Below, one piece after another: positions 22,901 through 32,750 of a stretch of 64,000 bases of DNA; the stretch's first letter is position 1, and each line of letters starts with the position of its first letter. This DNA is from Thraustochytrium aureum (taxonomy: Eukaryota). The notes beneath the pieces are model-generated. The model did no database searches. It was not told where the DNA came from and was given only the letters and a program-made list of their open reading frames with translations. The position numbers were made by a program, and so were the translations under genes. The stretch spans positions 236,411-300,410 of the forward strand of contig BLSG01000411.1 of assembly GCA_012862495.1 (NCBI GenBank). Direction: 5' to 3'.

Positions 22901-24406
22901 TTTACGAGAAAAATCGCCGGAGCAGAGCAACCAACCAGGTTATCGAGGACCTGCCCGAGGGCGACGTCGTTGACCAGGCCGGGGGCAACGGCAGCAGCTT
23001 GAGCCACCTGGGCGTCGACGCCCGTGAGCGCGACGATCGCATCGAACTGCAGGTCGAGCCCGCGCTGGAAGACAAGGTCGCCGTTGGCAAGCTGGCCACC
23101 CTGTGCAACCAGCCGGAGTGTGGGGCGCGCTGAGAACACCAGCTCTGAGAGCGCGAAGTCCGACAGGAGCGTGAGAGAGAGGCCCTCAGCGACCTGGAAG
23201 AGGTTGAGGGCTGTGAAAGTATCGAGCCCGGAAACGTTGAACACTTCGCCGAGCGCAACTGCCCCGTCGAGCACGAGGCCGTCGGGACCGAGTGCAGACG
23301 TGAGATTCACAGACGTCGCGCCAGCCTCCGAGCCAGTGAGGTCGCGCACAAAACCATTCACTGAAAGGTCTGACATGGGGTCTGACCGGTTTGCTGGGGC
23401 GCTGAGGATTTGGTTAGCAAACCGCATGGCGACCTGAGCCAGGCCAGAGTCGCTCAGGTCCAAGGCTTGGTTGCGCTCCTCATCGCTGAGTTGCGCGACC
23501 AGAGAGCTCTCCATGTCCGCGAGCTTGCTTGGCTCGTCTTGCACGAGGTCGTCAACGAGGGCGTTGAGCGCCTCAAGGGCGGCTGTGCCGTTAGCGGAGG
23601 CCAGGGCGAGCGTGGGGCACACGAGCGTGCGCTCGAGCAAAGCCGCGATGAGCACCTTGAGCAGCCCGGTCCCGTCGCTCGAGGACGACACCCCCGGAGG
23701 AAGCTGCACCCAACTCTCAGGCGCGTCAAGCAGGCAGCTAGACTCGTCGAGAGAGAGGCCGACTGGCCTCACGGGGTCGGTCGGGCGCCGACCAGGCCCG
23801 AGGGTCCAGACTATATTCGAGGCGAAGCGAGCTGGGGTGCTCGGCCCACCTGCCGGGCGAGCGACGGAGAAATTGGCAGAGCCGCTGGGCGAAATTTCGC
23901 TACCGGTGTAGTCTCCAAAGCTGCCCACCGCCAACGAGTTCCACTCCAACTCTCCCACGCAAGCGTAGTCGACATCTGTCACGGCGAAGTTGCTCTGAAC
24001 CTCGAGCGGGCCCGTCGACGAGGCCGCTAGCGAAAGGTCTCCCACGAGCTTGACCGCTTCACAAGCCACGCCCTTGAGCAGCAAAGTTCCAGCGGATACC
24101 ACCGAGCCGACAGTCTCGCCAGCCCCCACCTCTCGCGCGGCGATCGACGCCTGAAACGGCACCGACTCGCTCAAGTCGACCGATTGAGCCAGCACGACTC
24201 CCTGCAGAAACTCATTCGCAACAGGCCAGTCCGCCTCGNNNNNNNNNNNNNNNNNNNNNNNNNNNNNNNNNNNNNNNNNNNNNNNNNNNNNNNNNNNNNN
24301 NNNNNNNNNNNNNNNNNNNNNNNNNNNNNNNNNNNNNNNNNNNNNNNNNNNNNNNNNNAGCAGCGAGAGCCGCGAGCGTGGCGAGCACAGCCGTGTGGCT
24401 CACCAT
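19942..24406 (-). CDS. Giant membrane protein: signal peptide, repeated beta-rich ectodomain, C-terminal tandem PqiA/LetA-like TM domains (spans gap 24239-24358)
   Basis: MVSHTAVLATLAALAA at 24406, then a gap, then the 1417-aa ORF. PqiA-like signature TINDLFNAG..VGVLVALMSGSWPFLRL...LDFFGKWVVVDQFLV plus a second degenerate copy (SFSIFD...VIVAPVLQ...ATCALEVFAVA). Confidence 0.78.
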
Positions 24407-25301
24407 CTTCCTTGTCCAAGCCCGAGTCCGGTCTCGAAGTCCGCGAAGTCAAAATCACTCGCTCACGAGCAAGTGAGGGAGCGAACGCACGCCGGCGCCG
24501 CGAGCGCAGCGCAGCGCACAGCAGCCGCCGCTCGCACGCACTCTGCCCCTGCGCGTCCGCGCGCCTGTGCGCCCTGTGCCCGCCGCGCACTCGTTCCTTC
24601 GTTCGAGGTCTGCTCGTCGTCACGTTCACGTTCACGTCAGCAAATTGCACTCACACTCTGCGCCATTTAATCTGTTCAATCCACTATTAAATCGAGTTAA
24701 ATCGTGCCGCCAAAAACCAGCTCGAAGACTGTGCGAAACGAGTCGCCCTCTCAACAGCCTCTCTGAGGAAACGAAACAAATCTCCTCTCAAAAGCCGATC
24801 TGTGGGATTGAAACAAATCGCAATTACAACGGATCGCCCTCTCAAAAGCCGATGTGAGGAGCTGGGCCGCTCCCCTCCTAATGGCATGAGAGGAGGAGAC
24901 CGTCCTTGACTTGAGAAAACCAAGGGAGGTAAGTACTCTCTCTGCGACGGGTGCGAAAGCCTTTCTATTGAATTCCAAGGCCCACAAGCTCTCTGCAATG
25001 CAAGCCATCCAAGCCAGCGATCCCTTGATTGGCGCCAAGATGCGACATCCTCCACGTGACGGGGGACCCGCTCTGACGTGCGTCGACGTCACGTGACAAC
25101 GCCGTGCCATGACGCGCGAGAGACGCGGTCGGCCACCGCGTCGAGTGAGGCGCGGTGGGCACGTGACGCGGGCCGCGGCGGCACCGAACAGAGCGAACCA
25201 GAGATGCTCGATGGCCAGCCAGCCAGCCAGGCTGATCATTGAGCCAGCCAGCAGCCGCAGTGCAGCAGTCGCGGCATCGATTTCAACGTTGCTGCGCGGC
25301 G

Positions 25302-26315
25302 ATGGAGCAGCCGAAAATCCATCGCGGAGGGAAAGGCAAGAATGGCAAGGACGGCAAGAACGGCAAAGGGCAAGGCCGTCCCGCTGGCCGTCACGCTGGA
25401 CGAAACGAGGTAAGCCGTGCCCAGCCGAGGTCGGGCGACGCGAAGCGAACGAGGCCAGACGGCGAGGCGGACGGACGGCGAGGCAAGCGCAGCCGCCCAG
25501 AAAAAACCAAGCCGGCCGCGGGTGGCGCAGCGGCGTCTACGCTGCAGGCGAGGTTCAAGAACAAGCTGGAAAGCGGGCAGTTTAGGTATTTGAACGAGCG
25601 GCTCTACTCGACAACGAGCGACGAGGCCGTCGAGCTGTTCAGGAAAGACCCAGCGCTGTACGAAGTCTACCACAGGGGCTTTACGCAGCAAACCCTCAAG
25701 TGGCCGCAGAGCCCCGTGGCGCTCATTGTCGACATGGTCAAGGACCATCCCAGCGAGTGGGTCATGGGCGACTTTGGCTGCGGAACTGCGCAGATCGCGC
25801 GCAGCCTGCCGCACAAAGTGCACAGCTTCGACCTGTGCAAAACAAACGAGCTGGTGACTGTGGCGAACAGCGCCAACGTCCCGCTGGAAGACGGGTCTCT
25901 GGACGTCGCAATATTTTGCCTGTCTCTGATGGGCACAGACTTTGACCGCTTTCTCGTCGAGGCGCGGCGGTGCTTGCGCGAGGACGGCCATCTGATTATC
26001 GCCGAGGTAAAGAGCCGGTTTGCAAGCGAGGCGCGCGAGGCTCTTTCTCCCGGGGCCGAGAGGCAGGACGACAAGGAATCCGCGCGGCGCGAGAAGGCAG
26101 CTGCGATGCTGGGCGGGCTCAAGCAGTTCAAGCGGATCCTCACGACGCTCGGCTTTAAGCTTGTGCGTGAAGACCTCTCCAACACCATGTTCGTGATGTT
26201 TGAGCTGCGCAAGTTGGAGCTCCGCGGGAAAACGCGCGAGCAGCTTCTCGCGGCCACGGCTGCTCTGAAGAGCGAGGGCGCGGTGCTGAAATCGTGCCGG
26301 TACAAGAAAAGATGA
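25302..26315 (+). CDS. RRP8: Ribosomal RNA-processing protein 8 (rRNA m1A methyltransferase / nucleomethylin)
   Basis: GQFRYLNERLYST, YHRGF..Q...WPQSPV, DFGCGTAQIA, VHSFDL, DVAIFCLSLMGTD, IAEVKSRF, LKSCRYKKR. Confidence 0.95.
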   Translation: MEQPKIHRGGKGKNGKDGKNGKGQGRPAGRHAGRNEVSRAQPRSGDAKRTRPDGEADGRRGKRSRPEKTKPAAGGAAASTLQARFKNKLESGQFRYLNERLYSTTSDEAVELFRKDPALYEVYHRGFTQQTLKWPQSPVALIVDMVKDHPSEWVMGDFGCGTAQIARSLPHKVHSFDLCKTNELVTVANSANVPLEDGSLDVAIFCLSLMGTDFDRFLVEARRCLREDGHLIIAEVKSRFASEAREALSPGAERQDDKESARREKAAAMLGGLKQFKRILTTLGFKLVREDLSNTMFVMFELRKLELRGKTREQLLAATAALKSEGAVLKSCRYKKR

Positions 26316-26705
26316 AGTGGCGCTCAGGGGTTGCAACGGCCGGGCCCCTGGGCGGCTTGTTGGTTTCCAACGGGCAGCGGGCTCAGGTTTCTGGGCGCGC
26401 TCTGCTTTTCCTCGTGAAATGCCGCGGCGCTGCCCGAGCGCAGTTTTCTTTCTTGCAAGATCTTTACCTGACCAAGATCCAGGAGATAACGAGTGCTCTA
26501 CGTAGACTCTAGAGAGCTAGCTCGAGTACTCACTACTACTGTAGTAGACAGACACGGAGACGCGCCCTGGATCGGTTCAGAGAGGGGGGAAATAGAAAAG
26601 CAAAAAATGCACTGTATTGCCATATGCGTTCGGCTTGCTCGCGGTGCCTGCATGCTCTTCAGAGCTCTGCTGACAGAAGAAGCGCGCGCGCGACCCAGCA
26701 AGCAA

Positions 26706-27491
26706 TTACTTTGCCGCCTTGGCCGCCTTGGCCTCCTCCTTGGCCTTCTCCTCTTCCTCCTCTTTGGCCATCGCGTCCAAGAGCACCTGAACCTCATTCG
26801 CCTTGAGCAAGTGCTGCACGAGCTTGCCCGTCACCTCGTCTTTCTTGAGAACGCTAAATTCCATGTGGTCCGGCGTGGGCGAGACCGTGTCCATCGTCTT
26901 GTTGAGCACCTTGACTGCCAGGCGCAGGCCCTCGTCGATGGAGCAGCCCTCCTCATACTCCTTCTTCAGGAGCGAGCTGGCCGCCTGGTTGTTGGGGCCG
27001 ATCGCCGTCGCCTTCCAGCCGCCATAGTTGCCCGACGGGTTGCTCTGGTAGAGCTGAAAGCCATAGTGACGGTCCCAGCCGGCGTAGAGGAACGAGACGC
27101 CGAACGGGCGCTGACCGCCGAACTGCGTGTAGCCCTGCTTGAGGTCGCAGACGCGCTGGATGAGCTGCTCGATGGGCTGCGGCTCCTGGTACTGGAGCTT
27201 GTAGCTGTGCGCCACGCGACGCAAGTAGGCAATAAGAACGTTGGCGTCGGACGTGAGCCCGGCCACGGCACACGCGACATGATCGTCGATCATGTAGAGT
27301 TTCTCGGACCCTTTGCTCGGCGCGAGCAGCTTGTTGGTCACTTTCTTCTCCGCGGCGATAATCACGCCCTCCTTGCACAGCACGCCCACGCAGGCTCCAG
27401 CCTGCTCGATAGCCACCATGGCATACTCGACCTGAAACAGCCTGCCCTCTGGTGAGAACACCGTCGTGCGGCTATCATACCTCGACCCCAT
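26706..27491 (-). CDS. PSMA4: 20S proteasome subunit alpha-3 (PSMA4/PRE9)
   Basis: RYDSRTTVFSPEGRLFQVEYA, AGLTSDANVL, CDLKQGYTQFGGQRPFGVSFLYAGWD, SNPSGNYGGWKATAIG. Confidence 0.97.
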   Translation of the reverse strand: MGSRYDSRTTVFSPEGRLFQVEYAMVAIEQAGACVGVLCKEGVIIAAEKKVTNKLLAPSKGSEKLYMIDDHVACAVAGLTSDANVLIAYLRRVAHSYKLQYQEPQPIEQLIQRVCDLKQGYTQFGGQRPFGVSFLYAGWDRHYGFQLYQSNPSGNYGGWKATAIGPNNQAASSLLKKEYEEGCSIDEGLRLAVKVLNKTMDTVSPTPDHMEFSVLKKDEVTGKLVQHLLKANEVQVLLDAMAKEEEEEKAKEEAKAAKAAK

Positions 27492-27926
27492 CTCGCCTGC
27501 GCGCCCTGACGCCTCACTCGCCCGCCCCGCCGACCTGCTTGCCACGAGCACCAACGCAGTACCCTCCGCGCCCGCACGCTGCTGCTCGCGCACCCGACCG
27601 CTCGCTCGCTCGCTCGCCCGCCCGATGCAGCTCTGCCCGCGACCCAGTTACCCGCCGCCCATGAACGAACCCCGGTGAACGCTTGCGAGGAAGCAACGAC
27701 ATCCGCCCGCAATAACGCCCGTGGCCCCCTATCCTCGCCTCCCGCCCCGTGTGTGCGCTGTCCGTGCCCTGTCTGGCGCTGGCAGGCGCAGCAACTGCTT
27801 GCCTGCCTGCCTCCTGCGCCTGCGAGAGCTGCGCGAGGGCCTCTTGCGCGCCTTGCCCGGCAGGCGCCAGCCCATGCCGACCAACAAACCACTCGCGCCG
27901 GGCGGCACGAGGGCGCGCAGAGCAGG

Positions 27927-29042
27927 ATGGCGCGACGCCAGACGCGGTCGGTGCGGCGCCGCGAGGAAGCCGCCGTTGACGCGGACGGCGCGGGCAGCGC
28001 GGCGCCGCTGACGACGGCGGCGGATATTGGGGACCCCGCCGAGCTCGACAAGGCCACGCTCGCCGAGCTGAAGCGCCTCGCGGCGCGCGAAGGGATGCCG
28101 CAGACCTGGCAGAAGGTGCGAGGCAAGCAGCGCGAGGAGCTGGCGCAGGAGCTACGGCAACGGTTTGACGGGAGGGCAGCCTTCAGGAAGAGGGTGCTGG
28201 CTTCTGCGACGCAGCGCCGCAGGGGCTTGGTGCGCGCTGGAGGCGCAGCTGCAACGAAGAAGGACTTTCTGGCATCGTTGCCCGTTGCTCTGGCAGCTTG
28301 CGTTCACTTCGTGCCCAGCGGGAGCGGGTTTGTCATTGACAGCGCGAAGCAGCTTGTCCTCACTTGCGCGCACTGCATCGACCACGACGACGACGAAGAC
28401 GAGGAGGAGGAGGAGGAGGACGAGGAAGGCCGCGAGGAGGACAAGGACAAAGACAAGGCCGCCGTAGCGCAGAGCTGCCAAGGAGAAACGCCATGGCCCC
28501 AAAACGCGCGCGTTGGCCGCGCCAAGTGCTGCTTTTTCGCCGACGGATCTGCAGCGTGGGCCACCTGCGTGGCGTCGGACGACTCGCTAGACTGTGCGTT
28601 GCTGAAAATCGAGCAGGCTCTCACCCTGCCCTCGCAATGCACGCTTGAGCAGGCCGTGCCAGCGCCCGGCACGCCGCTTGTCGCAATCGGCAACCCCTTT
28701 GACTGGGACCTTGAAGTGCAGGGCCACGGCCGGCCGCTCGGGTTTGAGCCGTTCCATGCCAGCGCCGGCTGCGTCGACCAAGCCTGCCCGCCTGGGTCTG
28801 TGAAGCCTGGGCTTGGTCGTCTAAAGCACTCGTGTTGGACCTACTGGGGCCACAGCGGTGCGCCGCTTTTCACTGCCGCAGGCCAAGTCGTTGGTATGCA
28901 CAACTCCTGGGACCCAGACACGGGACAGCGACACGCGGTCCCAGTCGACGACATGCGATCCTTTTTGGCATGGGCGCTGGCCGAAGCACAGGCTGACAAG
29001 GTTTCCGGTGCGCGCGGGACCAAGAGGCGACGAGCCTCGTGA
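27927..29042 (+). CDS. Intracellular trypsin-like (Trypsin_2) serine peptidase with N-terminal SAP/HeH-like helix pair
   Basis: GSGFVID, VLTCAHC (His), LDCALL (Asp), IGNP, WTYWGHSGAPLF (Ser), VVGMHNSWD. No signal peptide. Confidence 0.85.
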   Translation: MARRQTRSVRRREEAAVDADGAGSAAPLTTAADIGDPAELDKATLAELKRLAAREGMPQTWQKVRGKQREELAQELRQRFDGRAAFRKRVLASATQRRRGLVRAGGAAATKKDFLASLPVALAACVHFVPSGSGFVIDSAKQLVLTCAHCIDHDDDEDEEEEEEDEEGREEDKDKDKAAVAQSCQGETPWPQNARVGRAKCCFFADGSAAWATCVASDDSLDCALLKIEQALTLPSQCTLEQAVPAPGTPLVAIGNPFDWDLEVQGHGRPLGFEPFHASAGCVDQACPPGSVKPGLGRLKHSCWTYWGHSGAPLFTAAGQVVGMHNSWDPDTGQRHAVPVDDMRSFLAWALAEAQADKVSGARGTKRRRAS

Positions 29043-29180
29043 GCGCGCAAGCGGAGCGCAAGCGAGCGACTCTGGAGCGGTGAACAATAGCTAGCTAGCT
29101 CTAGAGCAAAATAGGTGGCTGGGAGCCCTCGAGAATCTGCGTGAAGCGATATGCCCTCACAACCGAGCTCAGCAGGGCTC

Positions 29181-29873
29181 TCAGCGCGATTTGGCAGAGT
29201 GCGACCGGGAGCGCGGCTCGGGGATGAGCAACAGTTGCGGCGAGCTCGCTGTGAGCCAGCCTTTTGTAAGAGCCCACACGAAGGCGCACCAGCCAAGCCC
29301 AAAGAGGATTATGGCAAACTTGACCGCCGCGAAAACGGTGGCCAAGGGGAACGCCGGCCCGCTGCTGCCTGGGTTGAGCAGGCCGTACAGGCTAAACTGG
29401 TTTTCTATGGCATCGCAGACGAGCGCAACAAACTGCGCGTAGCCGATCGTCTCGCCAGCAGCCACGAGCTGCGCTGGGGCAAGGCGCCGGTGCCGAGCGA
29501 CCTCCGCCGCCCACAAGCAGCAGTAGCAGATGGTGAGCGAATACACAACCATGAAGAGGTAGTCCAGGCCCAGCACGTAGGCGACCAAGATTCTCTGCTT
29601 GGGGGTCCAGCCACGCACGATGCGCTCCCCGCGCGCCTGCGTCGCAGCCATCTCGAACGAAACCACGCCAAGCGGCGCGTGCTCCGTCTTGTACTGCATC
29701 TCCACCAGCGCAATCCAGGCCATCATAGCGAGCGTGGCCGCCACGAGCGCTTGAGCCACCGTCTGGCGGCGCTCACTTGGGGCGAGCAGCTCAAACACCT
29801 TGGCGGCCTCGCCGGTCGCCACGAGGCCATCCACACCGCGAGGCGAGGCGCCCCCTCTGGACGACGACCCCAT
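29181..29873 (-). CDS. Small multi-pass membrane protein of unknown function
   Basis: Four to five TM segments; motifs GVVSFEMA, LGLDYLFMVVY, CDAIEN, FAAVKF. Confidence 0.7.
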   Translation of the reverse strand: MGSSSRGGASPRGVDGLVATGEAAKVFELLAPSERRQTVAQALVAATLAMMAWIALVEMQYKTEHAPLGVVSFEMAATQARGERIVRGWTPKQRILVAYVLGLDYLFMVVYSLTICYCCLWAAEVARHRRLAPAQLVAAGETIGYAQFVALVCDAIENQFSLYGLLNPGSSGPAFPLATVFAAVKFAIILFGLGWCAFVWALTKGWLTASSPQLLLIPEPRSRSHSAKSR

Positions 29874-30093
29874 CTATCGCTCTCTCGCTCCCGCGATCGC
29901 CGCCCGTCCTTGAGCGCTCGCTCGACGAGCGTCCTCCGCGGCTCGCTCTATCGGCAACCAGGGCGGGCGACTCTGCAGCGCGCGTGGCGCGCTTTTTCCT
30001 TCGGGGTCTGCTGCTCGCCGACGATGGACTCGCGCCCTGTCCACCATTCCATTCCGTCCGGCCCTGGCTGGCTCGCTCGTCCCAATCGCGAGG

Positions 30094-31947
30094 ATGGCGG
30101 ACGACCCCGGAGCGTGGGAAGTGCTGGAGGCCGCCAAGGAGTCGGCGGGCGAGGCCCCGGCAGTCGCGGGCGCCGCCGGCGACATTGAGGACGACGCGGT
30201 TTGGGAGCCCGACGGCGGGACGGGGCCCGACTCTCCCCCCTCCGGAATGGCCCCCGGCGCCGCCCCTGCTGCCAGCTGCGCGACTGACGCAGCGGTCGCG
30301 AAAGGGGCTGCGGGCGCGCGACGGTGGTGCGCCCACTCGCAGGCCGAGCTCGTTTGCGTGGCGACCTCGCGAGACTTGCTGGAGATGGTGCAGACCGTGC
30401 AGCTCCGCGGCGAAGCGCTCAGGTTGGCGCTGCAGAACGCGGCCCATGCGGCCAATCTTCTCGCGGAGGCGCTCGCGAGGGAGGAGGCCAAGACGCTAGG
30501 CGAGCTTCGCGCGCTGCTGCAGACGTGCTGCAACTGCCGAGCCATGTTTGACGGCGAACGAGCGAGCGCGCTCCACGAGCTCGCCAACTGCGGGCATCGT
30601 GTCTGCCCTGCTTGCGGGCCGAAGCTGTTTGAGGCCACAACGGAGCTGCCCAAGTGCCCTTTCGACTTTTGCGGCATCCAGACGGCGCCGCGTGACGCAC
30701 GGACGTGCTTGGGCGAGGCTGGCTTTGAAGCTTGGCTCGAAAGGGGCCTCCTGGCGGGCTGCAGCGGGCTGGTGCGCTGCCCGAACTGCTCCATGCCGAT
30801 CGAAGTGCTTCGAAGCCCACGCGGCGTCGGTCCAGGTACTGGATGCCGCGTGCGGTGCTCTTGTGGAACGGCATTTTGTAGCGACTGCGGCGTTTCGCCT
30901 TTTCACGACGGCCTCTCCTGCGCCGCATTCCGCGAGTCGGACCCGTGCCAAGTTTGCGGCACTCGGGTGGCGCGGCATGGAGGAGACCTGTGCGGGTCTC
31001 ATGTCGAGCAAGCGGCCAATGGTGTCGCTGGTTGTTTTCAGGGCCTGAGCCTAGTGCCAGCGGCAAAGGACCTTTGTGGAGCGCGGGTCGTCTGCTCCTC
31101 CAAGGACTGCCAAGAGACCGCGCGTGCGATGTGCAGGCGGACACTTGCGTGCGGGCACGCGTGCCCAGGATTTTGGGGCGAGACAGAGTGTTGCATCAAC
31201 TGCCTCGTTTGCATGGGGAGCCATGGCCAGTGCGCGATGTGCTTGGACCCGCTCCTCAGCCGGGCTTGCGTGATGCTTGGGTGCGGCCACATCTTCCACC
31301 TAGCCTGCCTCAAGCGCAAATTGGCCGTCGAGAAGGCATCGATGCAGCGCATCCCTGCAACGGTGGGCTGCTGCCCGCTCTGCAAGGCGCCCGTGTCCCA
31401 CCCGGAGGCGCTGCAAGAGGAGATCGCTCACGCTTGCTGGGTGCGGGCGCAAGTGAAGCGCGTGATCGAGGAAGAGCGCGCGCGGCTTGACGCCGCCGAG
31501 AACCAGCGCCTAGGGGACAGCAACTTTGCGGTGTTTTCTTGCTCAGCTTGCGGCACGCCGTACTTTGGCGGCCTCGAGGACTGCGAGCAGGCGCTCGCCA
31601 ACGACGGCGAGCGGAACGGGCGGCTTTTGTGCCAAAGCTGCCTCTGCGCCGAGCTTCAGGTTCCCGAGTGCGCCAAGCATGGCGCTGCTGCCATGCTCTT
31701 CAAGTGCCAATTCTGCTGCTCTCCAGCTAGCTTCCTCTGCTGGGGCACGACCCACTTTTGCGAGCGCTGCCACGCTCGCCAGATGCGTCACGAGCGCCTC
31801 AATGCGCTCACGCCTGCGGACTTTGCGCAGTGCACCTCTGCACAAACCTGTCCGCTCGGCGTCAACCACCCACCAAACGGGTCACAGCCGCCGCGCGCTT
31901 TTGTTCTCGGCTGCTCGCTCTGTCGCGCTTCGGCTGCTGGGAGCTGA
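30094..31947 (+). CDS. E3 ubiquitin ligase: RING1-IBR-like module fused to MYCBP2/PHR-type RING and tandem-cysteine domain
   Basis: CGHRVCPAC...KCPFDFC; VRCPNC...VRCSCGTAFCSDCGVSPFHDGLSC; RTLACGHACPG; CAMC...CGHIFH..C..CPLCK; CSACGTPYFGGLEDC; FKCQFCCSPASFLCWGTTHFCERCH; CPLGVNHPPNG..FVLGCSLCR. Confidence 0.88.
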   Translation: MADDPGAWEVLEAAKESAGEAPAVAGAAGDIEDDAVWEPDGGTGPDSPPSGMAPGAAPAASCATDAAVAKGAAGARRWCAHSQAELVCVATSRDLLEMVQTVQLRGEALRLALQNAAHAANLLAEALAREEAKTLGELRALLQTCCNCRAMFDGERASALHELANCGHRVCPACGPKLFEATTELPKCPFDFCGIQTAPRDARTCLGEAGFEAWLERGLLAGCSGLVRCPNCSMPIEVLRSPRGVGPGTGCRVRCSCGTAFCSDCGVSPFHDGLSCAAFRESDPCQVCGTRVARHGGDLCGSHVEQAANGVAGCFQGLSLVPAAKDLCGARVVCSSKDCQETARAMCRRTLACGHACPGFWGETECCINCLVCMGSHGQCAMCLDPLLSRACVMLGCGHIFHLACLKRKLAVEKASMQRIPATVGCCPLCKAPVSHPEALQEEIAHACWVRAQVKRVIEEERARLDAAENQRLGDSNFAVFSCSACGTPYFGGLEDCEQALANDGERNGRLLCQSCLCAELQVPECAKHGAAAMLFKCQFCCSPASFLCWGTTHFCERCHARQMRHERLNALTPADFAQCTSAQTCPLGVNHPPNGSQPPRAFVLGCSLCRASAAGS

Positions 31948-32070
31948 GTGCGTTTTGACCCAGCCCAGCGCGAGCGGCATTGGCGCCGTCCAGCCGAGCG
32001 GCATCAGCGCCGTCGCTCGAGGCAGCTCGCCGCCCAAGCCGCCGACCGCAGCGGCCTCGTCAACTCTTTC

Positions 32071-32343
32071 TGCTCCCCAAAGCCAGCCGTCCAAGGCGAT
32101 TCGCTGCAGCAGCTTGAACGCAGCACCGAGCAGGCTGGCGAGCAGGTCGGCGAGCAGTCGGGCGCTCCATGCGCCCGAGGGCGTCAAGCCGTTCTCCAAG
32201 CTGCTCGCTCGAACTCGTCGTGTCATCCTGCTCCCCGAAAAGCCAGCCGTCCAGGGCGATTGAACGCAGCACCGAGCAGGCTGGCGAGCAGGTCGGCGAG
32301 CAGTCAGGCGCTCCATGCGCCCGAGGGCGTCAAGCCGTTCTCC
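32071..32343. repeat. Imperfect direct duplication of about 120 bp (32071-32197 vs 32229-32343)
   Basis: Shared TTGAACGCAGCACCGAGCAGGCTGGCGAGCAGGTCGGCGAGCAGTC...GGCGTCAAGCCGTTCTCC. Confidence 0.9.
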
Positions 32344-32750
32344 TTACTCCCCAACGTTGTGGAGACCCTGATGGTGGAGTCTGTTTCCGCTGTACAGGAA
32401 GACAGACCCCCAACGCACAAGAGCGCCAGAGCAGGTCGAGCAACGAGCTGGCCGGCGCGAGGGAGCGGCGGCAGGAGCAGCGAGCCGCTGGAGGAGGGGC
32501 GCGACGGCGCGAGGACTGCGCTGGCGTTGCTGCTCTGCGGGCGTCGTGGCCTGCGGCAGGAGGCCGACCTGCTGGTGTCGGTCAAGCGGGCAGGCGATCG
32601 AGATTTTGCGAACGGCAACGGGGGAGCGACGGGGGTGCCAGCCTCGCAGGGGGCTGGCGGGCTGACTGGGGGACTGACTCTAGCTGACGGGCTGACTCGG
32701 TGGGCAACGCGGCCGACGGGAGTGGTCGCCGGTTGGGTTGCTGACGCGCG

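Noticed and set aside
20038..24030. Long plus-strand ORFs (449, 377, 206 aa and others)
   Set aside because: Antisense shadows of the PqiA-like gene, as expected at high GC.
31882..32316. Minus-strand 144-aa ORF over the 120-bp duplication
   Set aside because: No ATG-supported start or family motif; explained by the duplicated GC-rich sequence.
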